This document shows positions 62,412 through 64,000 of a stretch of DNA of 64,000 nucleotides, piece after piece (positions within the stretch are counted from its first letter, which is position 1; each line of letters starts with the position of its first letter). This stretch comes from Mycobacterium sp. (lineage in GTDB: Bacteria > Actinomycetota > Actinomycetes > Mycobacteriales > Mycobacteriaceae): NCBI RefSeq assembly GCF_035499775.1, contig NZ_DATJYB010000222.1:9502-73501 (forward strand), written 5' to 3'. The position numbers and the translations under genes are program-made. The notes below the pieces were generated by a model. The model ran no database searches and was not told where the DNA came from. It saw nothing but the letters and a program-made list of their open reading frames with translations.

Positions 62412-63026
62412 TTGTACGCACGCTCTACCACCATCCACGCGCAACCTGCGGCGATCGACGCTGGAATAGCGCACTTTCGCGATGCCACGTGGCCCACGCT
62501 CCAGCGCATCGACGGTTGTCTCGGCATGTCCCTACTGGTCGACCGAGGGTCCGGCAGATGCGTAGCGACCAACTCCTGGCGGACCAAGGAGGCGATGCAC
62601 GCCAGCGCCAATCAGATGTTGGCGGCACACAAGCGGGCCGCCCAGATTCTGCGCGGCCCGCCGATCGACAACCACTGGCAGATCGCCGTCATGCGCCGCG
62701 ATCGCCATTCAAGTCCTGGTGTCTGCGTGCGTGCCACCTGGCTCAAAGCGCGGCCCGAGCTGTTCGACAGCGCCATCGATTTCTACCAGCGGGCGATGCT
62801 GCCGGCCATCGAGGATTTCGACGGCTTCTGCAGTGCCAGCCTGATGGTCGACCCCACAGCCGCGCGGGCGGTGTCATCGGTGACCTTCGACAGCGTGGAA
62901 ACGATGCAACAAAGCGCCGACGCGACCGACTCGTTGCGAACGGCGATGCTCGGCGACCTCAACCTTGACCAGGACGACGTCGGCGAGTTCGAGCTGGCAA
63001 TCGCTCACCTGAGGGTGGCGGGCTGA
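62412..63026 (+). CDS. Hypothetical protein, probably two tandem ABM/dimeric alpha-beta-barrel-like domains
   Basis: The 204-aa ORF starts at TTG. Its two halves share the pattern (..I....F......LP.I....GF...SL.VD...G...S...W.S.E.M...). The family assignment is tentative. Confidence 0.5.
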   Translation: MYARSTTIHAQPAAIDAGIAHFRDATWPTLQRIDGCLGMSLLVDRGSGRCVATNSWRTKEAMHASANQMLAAHKRAAQILRGPPIDNHWQIAVMRRDRHSSPGVCVRATWLKARPELFDSAIDFYQRAMLPAIEDFDGFCSASLMVDPTAARAVSSVTFDSVETMQQSADATDSLRTAMLGDLNLDQDDVGEFELAIAHLRVAG

Positions 63027-63076
63027 AGGCCGAACTGCACCGGGAACATCGGGCCGTCGCACCGCGTTACGGGGAC

Positions 63077-63439
63077 GTGACTACCCAAGACCTCACTGCT
63101 GAGCAGTTCAACGAAACCATCAACGGCAACGACATCGTGCTGGTCGACTTCTGGGCGTCCTGGTGCGGACCGTGTCGAGCGTTCGCCCCGACGTTCGAGG
63201 CGTCGTCCAAGAAACACCCCGATGTGGTGCACGCCAAAGTCGACACCGAAGCCGAACAACAGCTGGCCGCGGCCGCCCAGATCCGGTCCATCCCGACGCT
63301 GATGGCCTTCAAGAAGGGCAAACTGCTGTTCAACCAGCCCGGCGCGCTGCCGCCGGCAGCCTTGGAGGACCTGGTTCAGCAGGTCAAAGCCTTCGATGTG
63401 GACGCCGCGAACGACGAGGCCGGGGCGCAAGAAGTCTGA
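63077..63439 (+). CDS. trxA: Thioredoxin
   Basis: The 120-aa ORF has the active site FWASWCGPCRAF and starts at GTG. Confidence 0.9.
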   Translation: MTTQDLTAEQFNETINGNDIVLVDFWASWCGPCRAFAPTFEASSKKHPDVVHAKVDTEAEQQLAAAAQIRSIPTLMAFKKGKLLFNQPGALPPAALEDLVQQVKAFDVDAANDEAGAQEV

Positions 63440-63478
63440 CCCAGCGCCTTCTCAGGAAACACGCGCTACCTTTCTAAG

Positions 63479-64000
63479 GTGAATTTGGTCCTCGTTGAAA
63501 ATCCGCGTCCCGGGGTCGCGCTGATAACCCTCAACCGGCCCGAGCGGATGAATTCGATGGCGTTCGACGTCATGGTGCCGTTCAAAGAGGCCCTGGAGCA
63601 GGTCACCTACGACAACTCTGTTCGCGTGGTCGTACTGACCGGCGCGGGCCGGGGGTTCTCGTCGGGCGCCGACCACAAGTCCGCGGGCACGGTGCCCAAC
63701 GTCGAGGGCCTCACCCGGCCGACGTATGCGCTGCGGTCCATGGAGTTGCTCGACGACGTCATCCTGGCGCTGCGTCGGCTGCACCAACCGGTGATCGCCG
63801 CGGTCAACGGCCCGGCGATCGGCGGCGGACTGTGCCTGGCATTGGCCGCCGACATCCGGGTCGCCTCGACCAGCGCCTATTTCCGGGCCGCGGGTATCAA
63901 CAACGGGCTGACCGCCAGCGAACTGGGCCTGAGCTACCTGTTGCCCAGGGCCATCGGATCGTCGCGCGCATTCGAGATCATGCTGACCGGTCGCGACGTC
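63479..64000 (+). CDS. echA12: Enoyl-CoA hydratase/isomerase family protein (5' part, runs off the window; Rv1472-like)
   Basis: The frame is open from GTG 63479 to the window end. The translation VNLVLVENPRPGVALITLNRPERMNSM...VVLTGAGRGFSSGAD...AAVNGPAIGGGLCLALAADIR is a crotonase fold. Confidence 0.85.
   Translation, partial: MNLVLVENPRPGVALITLNRPERMNSMAFDVMVPFKEALEQVTYDNSVRVVVLTGAGRGFSSGADHKSAGTVPNVEGLTRPTYALRSMELLDDVILALRRLHQPVIAAVNGPAIGGGLCLALAADIRVASTSAYFRAAGINNGLTASELGLSYLLPRAIGSSRAFEIMLTGRDV

Overview
The window is a high-GC actinobacterial core chromosome segment. From memory, its gene order matches the Mycobacterium tuberculosis Rv1420-Rv1472 region, so it is most likely a slow-growing non-tuberculous Mycobacterium; I did not determine the species.

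Recognisable blocks, in order:
- a Ser/Thr signalling cluster (PP2C-NHL phosphatase, sensor-like lipoprotein, kinase)
- uvrC-rapZ-yvcK-whiA
- a lipid cluster (WS/DGAT, lipO, fadD12, acyltransferase, PucR regulator)
- two small paralogous ORFs and a 3x19-bp tandem repeat
- a membrane protein/FAD oxidoreductase pair
- gap-pgk-tpiA
- a PQ-repeat membrane protein, secG and ppc
- a lower-GC insert with a second Ser/Thr kinase
- a P450 and a coiled-coil ORF appended to the tkt-tal-zwf-opcA-pgl operon
- ctaB, qor and ctaA
- an ABC exporter and mptB
- the sufR-sufBDCSUT operon
- two paralogous lipoproteins, then fadE15
- an NmtR-like ArsR regulator divergent from a Co/Ni-type P1B ATPase
- a tandem ABM-like protein, trxA, and a partial enoyl-CoA hydratase

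I saw no rRNA, tRNA, CRISPR array, IS element or prophage. Many adjacent genes overlap by 4 nt (ATGA/GTGA), consistent with translational coupling.

The most unusual items are:
- sufB carries two full-length LAGLIDADG inteins at different sites.
- A very AT-rich, rare-codon, palindrome-containing patch sits in the short extein between them.
- Membrane phosphatase, lipoprotein and kinase genes cluster upstream of uvrC.
- Two internally duplicated, Cys/His-bearing lipoproteins lie near the metal-efflux module.

I found no convincing defence, toxin or otherwise entirely new multi-gene system. Everything rests on reading the sequence and on remembered family motifs; no searches were run.
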